Made by a program: the position numbers and the translations under genes. Below the pieces are notes generated by a model. That model saw nothing but the letters and a program-made list of their open reading frames with translations, was not told where the DNA came from and ran no database searches. From sequence record KX397373.1: 64,000 nucleotides of DNA; one strand, 5' to 3'. The number at the start of each line of letters is the position of its first letter. Position 1 is the first letter of the stretch. Positions 1-9,438 of the stretch are shown here, one piece after another.

Positions 1-113
1 GCTTCGACGGTATAGATAACGTCTTCGGCAATGGCGAACGGTTCCTTGACCTTGAACAGACCGGTAGTGTTAACGGTAACGACAACCGGTAATAACGTGG
101 CCATTTAATCTCC

Positions 114-1481
114 TTACGGTGTTGTGTCTTCCCACACCGCTTTACGGGCAAGCACACGGTACTCAACGTTGTCGTACTCGAACACGTAGAAGTAAATCTC
201 CGGGTTCGCATCATCGACCAGTTTCACGATGTCCAAATCTGTCTGATACGGATGGTACTCTTCGGCCGCGATTAACGCTTTGAAGAACAACTCGTACCAT
301 TCGGTGGTTGCTTTTGACATCCGGGCAATGTCCGGGTTGGTCGTGGCAATCAACGCATAGTCAGGAATGGTTTCGTGCAACGTGGCTTTGCGTGTGTCGT
401 TTTCAGGGCCAGAAATAACCACACCATTTAACGACTTATAGATGCTCGGCAAGTCCGTCACGTCAGTAGTGGGTTTCGGAATCACACCACTATTTTTGTC
501 GGAAACCGTCAGTGCCTCCCACTCCCCAAACTTGCTGATTGCTTTGACCCAGAAATCATATGGGAGGATGGGGGAGTATTGCGCTGCGATATCTTCCTCG
601 TTCGGGATACCGCGGATTTTCCAGCCCGGCACGATAGTGAATTTCGTGGTGGTGAAAATCTCGGGAAACACTTTAACGCCGAGTGGCACTGTAAAACTGG
701 AGTTCGCTAAAATGTAATCACGTAACGCTTGTTTAATGCGGCTAGGGTTCTTCCCAGCGCGACCATAGATGATGACCGACATCGGAATAATCAGTGTCGC
801 TTCATAATCTTCCTGGTCATGCCACGTATAATAATTCGTCTGAATATTGGTATACGGGAAGCCGTCCATAAGCTCATTAATCTTCTTATGGTGATCGGAA
901 AGGTTAAAACTTTCCATCGCTTTTTCGACTACTGACTTCACAGCTAAAAACGTATCGACCGGTAAAATCGGCATTTGGACTTCAATCTCAAAGCCGGTAT
1001 AGTTCTGATCGAAATCTTCATCAGCAAACCAAACAATGATTTGGTTACTAACGTCGGTTGGGTCTTGCAGTTTACCTGCCGTCGTTTCCAGTTTCCAACT
1101 GACCCAGCGTGGGAACCAGTTGCTATTCGTCTGGACCATCGCCCCAGACTGAACACCGCTGATGGTGTTTTGGAACTGTCCAACCAGCAGTCGCTGGAAT
1201 TCGATTTCATCGTTCTTCAAATTACCCAGGATGGCTTGATTGTAAATCCACTGGGTAACAGTAAGAATGTGGTCGGAAAACTCGGACGGCACCACAACCG
1301 TCGCTTCATCTCGCTTAGAAGTAAACGTGACCAACTCCACCTGCAAATTGGATTTCGCAAACGTTTGTTTACTCTTAGCGTAGGATTTTGTCAGTTCGGA
1401 CAGCTCACCCACCGGAGCGGTGACGCCGTCCACGTTGTCAAACAGAGCCGGTATCTGAATAAAGCCTTGTAAATCTAACAT
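114..1481 (-). CDS. Putative virion structural protein (phiKZ-like conserved)
   Basis: Long ORF; GGAG RBS before ATG at 1481 (track start 1493 overshoots). Structural role is inferred from context only. Confidence 0.5.
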   Translation of the reverse strand: MLDLQGFIQIPALFDNVDGVTAPVGELSELTKSYAKSKQTFAKSNLQVELVTFTSKRDEATVVVPSEFSDHILTVTQWIYNQAILGNLKNDEIEFQRLLVGQFQNTISGVQSGAMVQTNSNWFPRWVSWKLETTAGKLQDPTDVSNQIIVWFADEDFDQNYTGFEIEVQMPILPVDTFLAVKSVVEKAMESFNLSDHHKKINELMDGFPYTNIQTNYYTWHDQEDYEATLIIPMSVIIYGRAGKNPSRIKQALRDYILANSSFTVPLGVKVFPEIFTTTKFTIVPGWKIRGIPNEEDIAAQYSPILPYDFWVKAISKFGEWEALTVSDKNSGVIPKPTTDVTDLPSIYKSLNGVVISGPENDTRKATLHETIPDYALIATTNPDIARMSKATTEWYELFFKALIAAEEYHPYQTDLDIVKLVDDANPEIYFYVFEYDNVEYRVLARKAVWEDTTP

Positions 1482-1505
1482 AATTAAAAACACTCCGAGG
1501 TGAGC

Positions 1506-2003
1506 ATGATAGCATCGTTTATCAAACTGCTTCCATTCTTGCAGATGCTATTGGAAGCTTTTAAACCGGGAGAAGGAGAGCAGGTCACCCGAGCTGGCAA
1601 AATTCTGACACTTGTTATCGTGGCACTTATTGCTTTTTCAGGCTTTGTCTCCTATGCCTATGTGGTTCAGTACCATGCACTAATCAGTGTGCAATCACAT
1701 GATCAATACCTGGATTTGTCGTACAAAGAGTTAAAAGAGAAAGCGGACAAGCTCGGTGAGGAAAATGCCAAGCTGTACGACAGACTCTTTACCTGTCTTG
1801 GGCAAAGGCCGCCATATGAAGGCGACCATGCCAAGGATGAACCTGAGAAAAAACCAGAAGTGCCCGTAGCACCGACGGTTCCGGAAACGCCGGTCCACGC
1901 GGCTACACCTCCGGTTAAGAAGCAACAGGCGGCACAGCGTCCCGTGGGAGTACAAGACGCGAACGAGTTCCGCCAAGAGATTCTTAGAACCCTCAATCAG
2001 TAG
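1506..2003 (+). CDS. Putative i-spanin (inner-membrane anchor plus periplasmic coiled coil)
   Basis: One TM helix (ILTLVIVALIAFSGFVSYAYVV), coiled coil (YKELKEKADKLGEENAKLYDRL), single Cys, Pro-rich tail; directly upstream of a lipoprotein gene. Confidence 0.55.
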   Translation: MIASFIKLLPFLQMLLEAFKPGEGEQVTRAGKILTLVIVALIAFSGFVSYAYVVQYHALISVQSHDQYLDLSYKELKEKADKLGEENAKLYDRLFTCLGQRPPYEGDHAKDEPEKKPEVPVAPTVPETPVHAATPPVKKQQAAQRPVGVQDANEFRQEILRTLNQ

Positions 2004-2012
2004 GAGTCAACG

Positions 2013-2483
2013 ATGAAAGTTTTGCTGTTGGTTGGTGTGATGTTGCTTGTTGGGTGTAACATCGCACAACGTAACAGCGCTACGGTGCAAACCTCAACCG
2101 GCTGGCCTTTCCGGCAGCTGGATGAGCCACCTAAAGCACCGACGAATGTGTCTGGGGCAGCGGGGGATTTGGCCAAGAAACTTTATGTGGCCGATGTAAA
2201 CGCGTACGCTTATTACGTTTACTTATATGCTAAGTCCTTGAACAACTACGCGGAGACCCAAGGATGGCACCCGCCGATGGTTGCGCCTTTGTGCGAAGAG
2301 TTTATTTATCCCGAGGTACACGATATTCCGATGTCCATTGTTTTGGACGAACGTGCACGTACGCCTCAAGCCATCAGCCGTGATTTGTCACGTCAGCTGA
2401 AGGTGTTGCTGATTAATTACCGTAACGATCGTAAAGCGGTTAAAGAAGCAGCATTGGCCCATAAAGCCACCTGTCTGAACTGA
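2013..2483 (+). CDS. Lipoprotein, putative o-spanin
   Basis: Signal peptide II with lipobox (MKVLLLVGVMLLVG-C15), Pro-rich mature N-terminus, AGGAG RBS. Confidence 0.6.
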   Translation: MKVLLLVGVMLLVGCNIAQRNSATVQTSTGWPFRQLDEPPKAPTNVSGAAGDLAKKLYVADVNAYAYYVYLYAKSLNNYAETQGWHPPMVAPLCEEFIYPEVHDIPMSIVLDERARTPQAISRDLSRQLKVLLINYRNDRKAVKEAALAHKATCLN

Positions 2484-2487
2484 GTCA

Positions 2488-2527
2488 GTCCTCCTATGCC
2501 TTCGGGTGTAGGAGGACGCTCTTTTTT
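2488..2527 (+). terminator. Intrinsic terminator
   Basis: GTCCTCCTATGCC-TTCG-GGTGTAGGAGGAC hairpin followed by T6. Confidence 0.85.
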
Positions 2528-2575
2528 AACGTTTTTAGCCATCCTAATGTAACCCCTTATAAGGAATTGAAAATC

Positions 2576-3313
2576 ATGCTGCCAATCTATCCCAAGCCAT
2601 ATATGCCGACCATGCCCTCGATTGTTGTGGGGGCGGATGTTGAAACCCAATCCTTGCGTGACGATGCGTATATCATCGCCATGGGCCTTGTAGGCTTTGA
2701 TATCCCCACCATGAAAATGGTAGGGTCGTTCTACAAGACGATTGACCCGAAAGATCCAAAGGCGATGGAAATCTTTCACATCGACCCATCAACGTTAGGT
2801 TGGTGGGAAGGTAAAGACAACCCGGATTACGCCCCGACTGAGCAGGCCCGTATTGAAGCCTTCTCGGGTACGGAAAAAATCGACCAGGTATTGTGGGAAG
2901 CGAAAAAGTGGCTGGACACCATTTCGGCCAACCACGAAATCGTCATTACCATGCGCGGGCCGGAATTCGACAGCCCGAAAATCATGAACGCGTTCCAGCA
3001 GTGCGATGTGCCTGCGGGCAAGTTCCGGAAGTTCTCTATTCTGGATTCTGACCGTACCACTGAGCGACTGGCTCACGCGTTTGGCCTGGTGCCGAATCAC
3101 ACCGCAGAAGCCCATCACTGGACACGCGGTAAAGACGCCTACGAACACAATGCCGGTTTCGATGCAGCAAAAGAAGCGTACTGTACCGCTCGCATGTATC
3201 ACCTCGCGCTCGTGGCGAAAACTTACGGCTTCGAAAGAATGCTGGAATGCCACAACGAGATGTGCAGCGGCGAATACGTTGCTCCGCAGTTGAGAAACCA
3301 GTTACAAGCTTAA
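2576..3313 (+). CDS. DEDD/DnaQ-like 3'-5' exonuclease
   Basis: Exo motifs ADVET, GPEFDSP and HNAGFDA. Confidence 0.75.
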   Translation: MLPIYPKPYMPTMPSIVVGADVETQSLRDDAYIIAMGLVGFDIPTMKMVGSFYKTIDPKDPKAMEIFHIDPSTLGWWEGKDNPDYAPTEQARIEAFSGTEKIDQVLWEAKKWLDTISANHEIVITMRGPEFDSPKIMNAFQQCDVPAGKFRKFSILDSDRTTERLAHAFGLVPNHTAEAHHWTRGKDAYEHNAGFDAAKEAYCTARMYHLALVAKTYGFERMLECHNEMCSGEYVAPQLRNQLQA

Positions 3314-3323
3314 GAGAATAAGA

Positions 3324-4835
3324 ATGAGAGACGTCGATGTAGCTGTTATCTACACAGACGGTAGCCACACATCTGCCCCGGTTGGTACCGGGGCAGGTAT
3401 TCACGGTTACCTGTTTAACCACGGAGACTTGGAGCCGGATCACGGTTATCGTCATCCAAGTATCTCGGAAGCCATCACAACAGGAGGTTATAAGCAAGTT
3501 CCGAAAGACACCAAACTTCCGGACGTGCCTGAGTCTGTACAGTTCGTCGACGCTGTGGTACCGGTACCCAAAGAATTCTATTCTGACGTGGGTGAGTTAA
3601 TTGCTTTCCTGACGCTGTTCGAAAGCGCACCGTTTCAGGCGCGCAATTACGTCATCTTCGTGGATGCCACGTATGTCCTCAATACGTACAACGATTGGAT
3701 TGACGGGTGGGCCAGGAACGGTTGGCGTCGTGCAGACGGCACCCCGATTGCTAACGTCGAGCTTATCAAACGTATCTGGGAAGTGAAGCAACGCCTTAAA
3801 AAGGAAGGTCGTGGTGTTAAGCTTCTTAAAATCAAAGGTCACTCTGGACGATACGGGAATGACCGTGCTGATGAAATGGCGCGTAAAGGCTCTGCAATCT
3901 CTGCAACCGGTGAAGGGGTCATGTACCAAGCCTATTGGTCACAAGACGAACTGCCGCAGTGTGCGGAACCGGAAGTCATAGGCGCGGGTAACAACATGGC
4001 AGCCTATTCGCCGATTTGCACCATGAAGTATTGCTATCCGGTTGTTGAGGAAACCCCACCGACGGCAGAGATCAAAGGTGAAACGTTCCACTACATGTTC
4101 GGGGGCAACCACGCAAAGAACAAAGACGACTTGGTGTTTATTGGGAAGATGATTCCCGAAGCCCACTTCGCGGTGCTCTTTACGAAAGAACCCTGGGACA
4201 ACGTCTATACCATTGTGAATGCACACAATCAGGAAGCGTGGGACAACGTGCCGGTACAACGACGTTATCAACCGGTGGCGGTACTGAACAACGAATTCGT
4301 CAAGCGTAAGAAGTTTGCCGAAGCGGCGAAGGATGGTATTCCGGTGTTGCAAATGCGGTTCAGTGAAGACAAGAATGTGTGGTTCTTTGATGACCTGGCC
4401 ATTTCGCGAATGCTACGTCCGCCGTTGTTGTCGTATCGGGCGTTGAAGATTCGTGACGAGTTGGCGGGGTGGTTAAACGACTGTCTGACCGAGCAGCCAC
4501 GGGTGGTGATGAACGACATTACCGATATGCTGTATGACGAAAACGGCAAGCCACGCAAAGACTTCTACCGCTCGGTTGACCGTAGTTTCGACGTGCAGTT
4601 GAAAATCCCAGCGGGCAAAGTTGAGATTCCGATTATCCTCACGCGTTCAATCGACATCCCTTCGCGTACGGAGCTGAACCGTATCAAAGAACCGGAAGGG
4701 CGTTTCTACGTGGCCGTAACGCGTCCACAGGAACGCTACATCGAGTATGCGATTGTGTATGTTGGGAAAGAGTATCATGGGTTGTGGTGTGCGTACTACG
4801 CCAACAAACGCATCCTGAACGACAAAGAGGTGTAA
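3324..4835 (+). CDS. rnhA: Ribonuclease HI with long C-terminal extension (phiKZ-type)
   Basis: YTDGS, GELIAF, FVDATYV, KIKGHSG, GNDRADEMA: full RNase HI catalytic set. Confidence 0.9.
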   Translation: MRDVDVAVIYTDGSHTSAPVGTGAGIHGYLFNHGDLEPDHGYRHPSISEAITTGGYKQVPKDTKLPDVPESVQFVDAVVPVPKEFYSDVGELIAFLTLFESAPFQARNYVIFVDATYVLNTYNDWIDGWARNGWRRADGTPIANVELIKRIWEVKQRLKKEGRGVKLLKIKGHSGRYGNDRADEMARKGSAISATGEGVMYQAYWSQDELPQCAEPEVIGAGNNMAAYSPICTMKYCYPVVEETPPTAEIKGETFHYMFGGNHAKNKDDLVFIGKMIPEAHFAVLFTKEPWDNVYTIVNAHNQEAWDNVPVQRRYQPVAVLNNEFVKRKKFAEAAKDGIPVLQMRFSEDKNVWFFDDLAISRMLRPPLLSYRALKIRDELAGWLNDCLTEQPRVVMNDITDMLYDENGKPRKDFYRSVDRSFDVQLKIPAGKVEIPIILTRSIDIPSRTELNRIKEPEGRFYVAVTRPQERYIEYAIVYVGKEYHGLWCAYYANKRILNDKEV

Positions 4836-4836
4836 G

Positions 4837-5571
4837 ATGAAGCGAGTCGTGAGTGAGTCACTCACGCTCCACGCACAGAGCCTGATTAAGTGTGTGGAGA
4901 AGTATGGGTGGGATTCATGGTTAAGCCATTTACGCCTGATGGACGATACCGTCGAGCGTGATTGGGACAAACTGGAAGCAGTGGGTGCTGAGGCTGCTCG
5001 CGACGTTGTGGCTGAACTGGTAACGGATACCATTGCTCGATACAACGCCCGTTGCGATGAACCCATTCCCAAAACTGTACCGCCCCAGATTCCGGCATTG
5101 CCAACCGTTGACCGGCAAGCGTGCCGTATCTGGACGATGGAGGAGTTGTACGACGAACACATCCGGATGCTTAAGCCGGACGTGTTAATCACCGGAGCAT
5201 TGAACTGGTACCTCACCCGTTTCTGGTCTGAACTGTGCAATATCGGCAACGACTGGGACAACGACCCGCAGCTTATCTGGTACGATCGCCAGCATTTCCA
5301 TGAATCACTGAAAAGCGGCACAATTTGCCCGCTGTACGTCATTACCAGCCCGCAACAGCTGCACTTCATTACCGAGGCGGATACCTACGGTGGGTTGGTT
5401 GAGGCGGTTGCTGAGAAACCGATGGGGTTCTTTAAGCAGGGTGAAGCGTGGGTACTGACGGATGACATGGCCGGGTATCTGATTGACCCGGATGATTTGC
5501 ATTCTGATGACGATGACTTTATCGAATATTGGGTGTTAACACCGGAAGCCCTTCAAAAAACTTTCAAATAG
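4837..5571 (+). CDS. Hypothetical protein
   Basis: 244-aa ORF tightly coupled to the RNase H gene. Confidence 0.75.
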   Translation: MKRVVSESLTLHAQSLIKCVEKYGWDSWLSHLRLMDDTVERDWDKLEAVGAEAARDVVAELVTDTIARYNARCDEPIPKTVPPQIPALPTVDRQACRIWTMEELYDEHIRMLKPDVLITGALNWYLTRFWSELCNIGNDWDNDPQLIWYDRQHFHESLKSGTICPLYVITSPQQLHFITEADTYGGLVEAVAEKPMGFFKQGEAWVLTDDMAGYLIDPDDLHSDDDDFIEYWVLTPEALQKTFK

Positions 5572-5580
5572 ATATTATCT
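5555..5580 (+). promoter_or_regulatory. Putative phage early promoter (A-tract then AYAGATATTATC)
   Basis: Same motif recurs at 14250-14275 and 60165-60189, each upstream of a non-structural gene block; resembles phiKZ early consensus TATATTAC. Confidence 0.55.
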
Positions 5581-5611
5581 GTACGACCAGCACCACCTTA
5601 AGGAGTATGTA

Positions 5612-6346
5612 ATGCTAAAGGTACAGGTGCCACAATTGCAGAAAATCAACCCCTCGTTATTCGAGGGGCTTTTCTTTAAATTTTGGCCTCACTATTTCCG
5701 TAATGAATTGCAGGGCAATCTGAACTGGGGACTGCTGCAAAGCGAGTTCTTTTATACCGGTCAGAGTATTGCCATCGCGGTCTATTCCGGAATGCTGCGT
5801 GAGCTGTTCGACGCAGTTAATCTTGGACGGTCGCCTAACTTCCAGCGTCTGGATGTCGATTTAGCGATGCATTTCGACGCCTATGAAGCGGATGATGTCG
5901 GTACGCCATACGGGTTTGAAAACGATGTTGTAGAAAGTCAAATCTACGGGTGGTTAGACAGCTATTCCACCTGGCTGATGTCAAATGAGATGTTAGTGAA
6001 TGTCACGCAGGTTTTCGAGGCAGTGTATAACGACTTGAAAATCATCAAAGAGCAACACGGTCTCCTCGGCTACTGGTACGAGTTTTATACCACGGAATCT
6101 AAACTATGGGAATCCAACTCGTTTGCGATTGGGATTCAAGAAGGGGACTTTGAGGCTATCTATTACGGTCCGTGGCAAGGTCACGCCGGTGATGAGTTCT
6201 ATAACCGGATGGATGTCCATTCGTGGGAGTTCTTTTTATCCGACGGTAAGTTGTATTTGGAAGACGGGGCAACCCAGATTCCGGTCGGTCAGATGACGAC
6301 AATGTGTCGACTGAATGACCTTGTAGGTAAGATGATAAACTTTTAA
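5612..6346 (+). CDS. Hypothetical protein
   Basis: 244-aa ORF with AAGGAG RBS. Confidence 0.75.
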   Translation: MLKVQVPQLQKINPSLFEGLFFKFWPHYFRNELQGNLNWGLLQSEFFYTGQSIAIAVYSGMLRELFDAVNLGRSPNFQRLDVDLAMHFDAYEADDVGTPYGFENDVVESQIYGWLDSYSTWLMSNEMLVNVTQVFEAVYNDLKIIKEQHGLLGYWYEFYTTESKLWESNSFAIGIQEGDFEAIYYGPWQGHAGDEFYNRMDVHSWEFFLSDGKLYLEDGATQIPVGQMTTMCRLNDLVGKMINF

Positions 6347-6362
6347 CCCATTAGGAGCATGT

Positions 6363-6740
6363 ATGATTCACGCAGAAATGAAAGAACTGATTCAGAACAA
6401 CCTGGACGCTGGCCTGGTACTCTACGTTGTTCATCCTGAACTGAAACAAGAATGGTTGCAGGGTCAAATGACTGACCTGCGTTGGGCCGTACTGGACACC
6501 GATGGTCGCACTTCCATTACCGACATGGGGCGGATGCTACGCCAAACCGCACTTGAAGCAAATAAGTTGGTACAAGTGCGCACCACACAAAACGAACCAC
6601 ATATCCGCTTTGCCAATGAAGCCGATGTAGTGGTATTAGTTGGCTTCGCGGAAGAGAACGTACCGTTCTTCGGTGAGAACGTCATTATCTCGAAGTTCCG
6701 TACTGTTCAAGAAATTCCCCGTAAAGTGTTCCCGATTTGA
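6363..6740 (+). CDS. Hypothetical protein
   Basis: 125-aa ORF with AGGAG RBS. Confidence 0.75.
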   Translation: MIHAEMKELIQNNLDAGLVLYVVHPELKQEWLQGQMTDLRWAVLDTDGRTSITDMGRMLRQTALEANKLVQVRTTQNEPHIRFANEADVVVLVGFAEENVPFFGENVIISKFRTVQEIPRKVFPI

Positions 6741-7558
6741 AACGGGTCAAGATGTACGCGTTGTTGATGCTGGATGATTGGTTCCAGCACCAAACGACGA
6801 ACAAGAAAGCGGCGAAAATCGCGTACTTCGTCATGGGCAAAGTTATTAGTGAACTGCGTTGGGATCACTCGTCTTTCTTCGAGCAGTTACTGCGGGGATT
6901 GTGCCACGATTTCGACAACTGGGACTACAGCATTAAACGTAGCCTGTTGTTTGATGCTTGGTGGGAGGTCTCCGAAGAAAACGAATCGTGGTTTAAGCGC
7001 GATACCGAAGAAGCGAGTCGCATTATCACCAAAATGTTGTTCGACCCGTCTGACCCTCGGCAGTTGCGGATTCATAACCGCATGTACCAGATGGGTGAGA
7101 ACTGGTTGTGGGCCACGCAGGAAGTCGCTGCGGCTTTAGACAGTCCGGTTTCGCTTGCCTCCTACGAAGACCTACAAGCACACAACTTGTGGTTCGGAGG
7201 GGAGGAAGAAGAGTACGGCGATGCTGTTGTGGAGCTGTATCTCTATCCTGAGGATGAAGATTGGCCTGCACTCATTGCCAAGTACCCCACCGAAGACTAC
7301 GTCTGGTTGGTACGGGGCGTATTCTGGGAACCGGTGCTCGATGTGGTGTGCCACAAAGGGGTGACGATTCTCGACCGGTCAGTGATAGTGCAGCAGATGA
7401 TTAGGGATATCGGTTATGATGACGGTTTACAGTCAGTCTTTGCTCGAAGTTCAGAAATGGTTCGAGACCTGCGAGACAACATCGAGACGGGGAACTCTCT
7501 ATCTCCTGATAGCGGAACTGATGATCAACAGCACGCTGACGATAATCAGCAAAGTTGA
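6737..7558 (+). CDS. Hypothetical protein
   Basis: Acidic, Trp-rich ORF overlapping the previous stop (TTGA); ATG at 6752 is an alternative start. Confidence 0.7.
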   Translation: MKRVKMYALLMLDDWFQHQTTNKKAAKIAYFVMGKVISELRWDHSSFFEQLLRGLCHDFDNWDYSIKRSLLFDAWWEVSEENESWFKRDTEEASRIITKMLFDPSDPRQLRIHNRMYQMGENWLWATQEVAAALDSPVSLASYEDLQAHNLWFGGEEEEYGDAVVELYLYPEDEDWPALIAKYPTEDYVWLVRGVFWEPVLDVVCHKGVTILDRSVIVQQMIRDIGYDDGLQSVFARSSEMVRDLRDNIETGNSLSPDSGTDDQQHADDNQQS

Positions 7559-7847
7559 TAAGCAGGTCGACTTCACGCCGGGCGAATACCGTGAGGTATT
7601 AGAGGCGTTGAAAGAGAAGTATCGGGGAATGGCAGACGCGGATATGTGGCGGGAGGCGGATAAGCATTTTACTAACCTGCTCTCCGCCCAGCCCCGTATA
7701 ATCGAGCAGTTTCTGAAAGAGCTGATTAGCACTAACCATCACGGTGTTGGCATGGTGTACAATGCTAAAGACCTGGTGAGTTGTTGTTATCGGCTGCGGC
7801 AACCGGCGGATGTTGTAATTGATAACTTGGCCTTAAGGAGTATGTAA
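7521..7847 (+). CDS. Hypothetical protein
   Basis: Start set at ATG 7521 because the track start (7416) overlaps the upstream gene heavily. Confidence 0.65.
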   Translation: MINSTLTIISKVDKQVDFTPGEYREVLEALKEKYRGMADADMWREADKHFTNLLSAQPRIIEQFLKELISTNHHGVGMVYNAKDLVSCCYRLRQPADVVIDNLALRSM

Positions 7848-8383
7848 TGCGCCTGATAGTTGACTTTGCGTTAAGCGCCTCGCGGAATAATTTAAACATT
7901 GCTCTAACCGCTCTGCGTAAAGAAGTTCAATTTGAGCTGCATGATAAACTGGCGGAGTATGAAAATAAGTATTCCGAGGAACAGGGCGGTGAAGAGGTTG
8001 CTATTCTTGATGTGGACGCAATGGTTAACTCATTGATCGGACAGATGGAAGACGCACTGATGTCGGTTGTCCACTATCCGCACATCCTTCGCGTCAATGA
8101 AGCACAGTCCGAAATCGAAACGGTAATGAACGAGGCTTTTCGTCGCGCCGTTGAAACGATTACACGTATACGTAAAACCGACGTGAAAGAACTTTACGTT
8201 TCTATTATTCGTAAAGATGGAAACACGGTAATCAACGATACTGTAACGTGGCCAGACGTATTAGATGATGAAGTGATTCTCCGTCTGAATAACATATTCA
8301 GGCAGGCACAGACGAAAGTTATCGACATTTGCCAAAGCGAACTACATTACTTAGCGGTTATGTATGATAAGGAGTTGGAATGA
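7847..8383 (+). CDS. Hypothetical helical protein
   Basis: 178 aa, TAATG coupling, AAGGAG RBS. Confidence 0.75.
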   Translation: MRLIVDFALSASRNNLNIALTALRKEVQFELHDKLAEYENKYSEEQGGEEVAILDVDAMVNSLIGQMEDALMSVVHYPHILRVNEAQSEIETVMNEAFRRAVETITRIRKTDVKELYVSIIRKDGNTVINDTVTWPDVLDDEVILRLNNIFRQAQTKVIDICQSELHYLAVMYDKELE

Positions 8384-8898
8384 AAATTTACTTTAACCTG
8401 ACGGACGACAGTCTGAGAGAGCTGTGGCCTAAAGCCATGAATAACTTGCGTAATGTTGTTCATGACATGGTCAAAGCCCACATGGAGCCGGAGCTGGAAT
8501 ACTACAGCATGACGGTCACCAATACCGTGTTGGGTGAAGTCTACTGGCGGGCGGGTGAGCTGTCGCGTAACATCGGCATGTTCGAATACGACAGTTCCGA
8601 TTTGGTTGACGGGAACATGGAGAAGCAGATCAGCCGATTTACCATGGAGCTGAAAGTCGATGAAGTAATCGATAACATCGGTAAACACTTCAATGACAAA
8701 GAGGCGCGGGAGAAGTGGCTCAATGAGCAGACTTCCGAAGACCGTTCTATCGAAGCGCTGCGTACCTTTAAGTGGGATGAATTCTACCCGCTGTATATCG
8801 GTGCGGTGTCCAGCGCGTTACGCAGTATCGAAGAGGAAATCTGGAAGAGTATCGTGGATACGGTCAATCGCCTGGTTATCCAAATCGAGAAAAAGTAA
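8380..8898 (+). CDS. Hypothetical helical protein
   Basis: 172 aa, ATGA overlap, AAGGAG RBS. Confidence 0.75.
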   Translation: MKIYFNLTDDSLRELWPKAMNNLRNVVHDMVKAHMEPELEYYSMTVTNTVLGEVYWRAGELSRNIGMFEYDSSDLVDGNMEKQISRFTMELKVDEVIDNIGKHFNDKEAREKWLNEQTSEDRSIEALRTFKWDEFYPLYIGAVSSALRSIEEEIWKSIVDTVNRLVIQIEKK

Positions 8899-9392
8899 TG
8901 CGTATTTTCGTGGACATCAACACGACCAATGTTTACGATGCGTTCTCGCTGGGGTTCGAAGGTATATTAGAGCGAACCCTGGCACACCATCGTACATTAG
9001 TTGCTAACCACCACAACGAACGCGTGAGGGTAAACGCAGAGTATTACCGCTCGGTTGTGTACGAGAATCATCTGTCCTCGATTCTCTACAAAGCCTTTGG
9101 TAATTTTAATTCTCTCATCTCCTATCAACTACTCTGCATCAATACCGAACAACAGATGGTGAAAGACGATGACATTGTTGAACGTTTAACAAACATGGCG
9201 CTGTCTGATACTGTCCGGGAACTGGTGAAGTTCGATGAGCAGGATAAGCTGGAGTATCATCTGTTTGATGAGGACGTCATGGATTTACTTTATGGCGAAC
9301 TCGACGAATTCCGTGATGAGTTAATTCGTGTTATTCGTGCAGAGGTCAATGACGCTCTGACCGCCGCGATTGTCTGGGTGAAAAATAAATAA
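8898..9392 (+). CDS. Hypothetical helical protein
   Basis: 164 aa, TAATG coupling. Confidence 0.75.
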   Translation: MRIFVDINTTNVYDAFSLGFEGILERTLAHHRTLVANHHNERVRVNAEYYRSVVYENHLSSILYKAFGNFNSLISYQLLCINTEQQMVKDDDIVERLTNMALSDTVRELVKFDEQDKLEYHLFDEDVMDLLYGELDEFRDELIRVIRAEVNDALTAAIVWVKNK

Positions 9393-9395
9393 AGG

Positions 9396-9435
9396 CTACC
9401 CACTCCGCAGGGAGTGGGTAGTACCTTTCTTTTTT
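9396..9435. terminator. Terminator between convergent genes
   Basis: CTACCCACTCC-GCAG-GGAGTGGGTAG stem with T-rich tail and A-rich left flank. Confidence 0.8.
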
Positions 9436-9438
9436 TGT

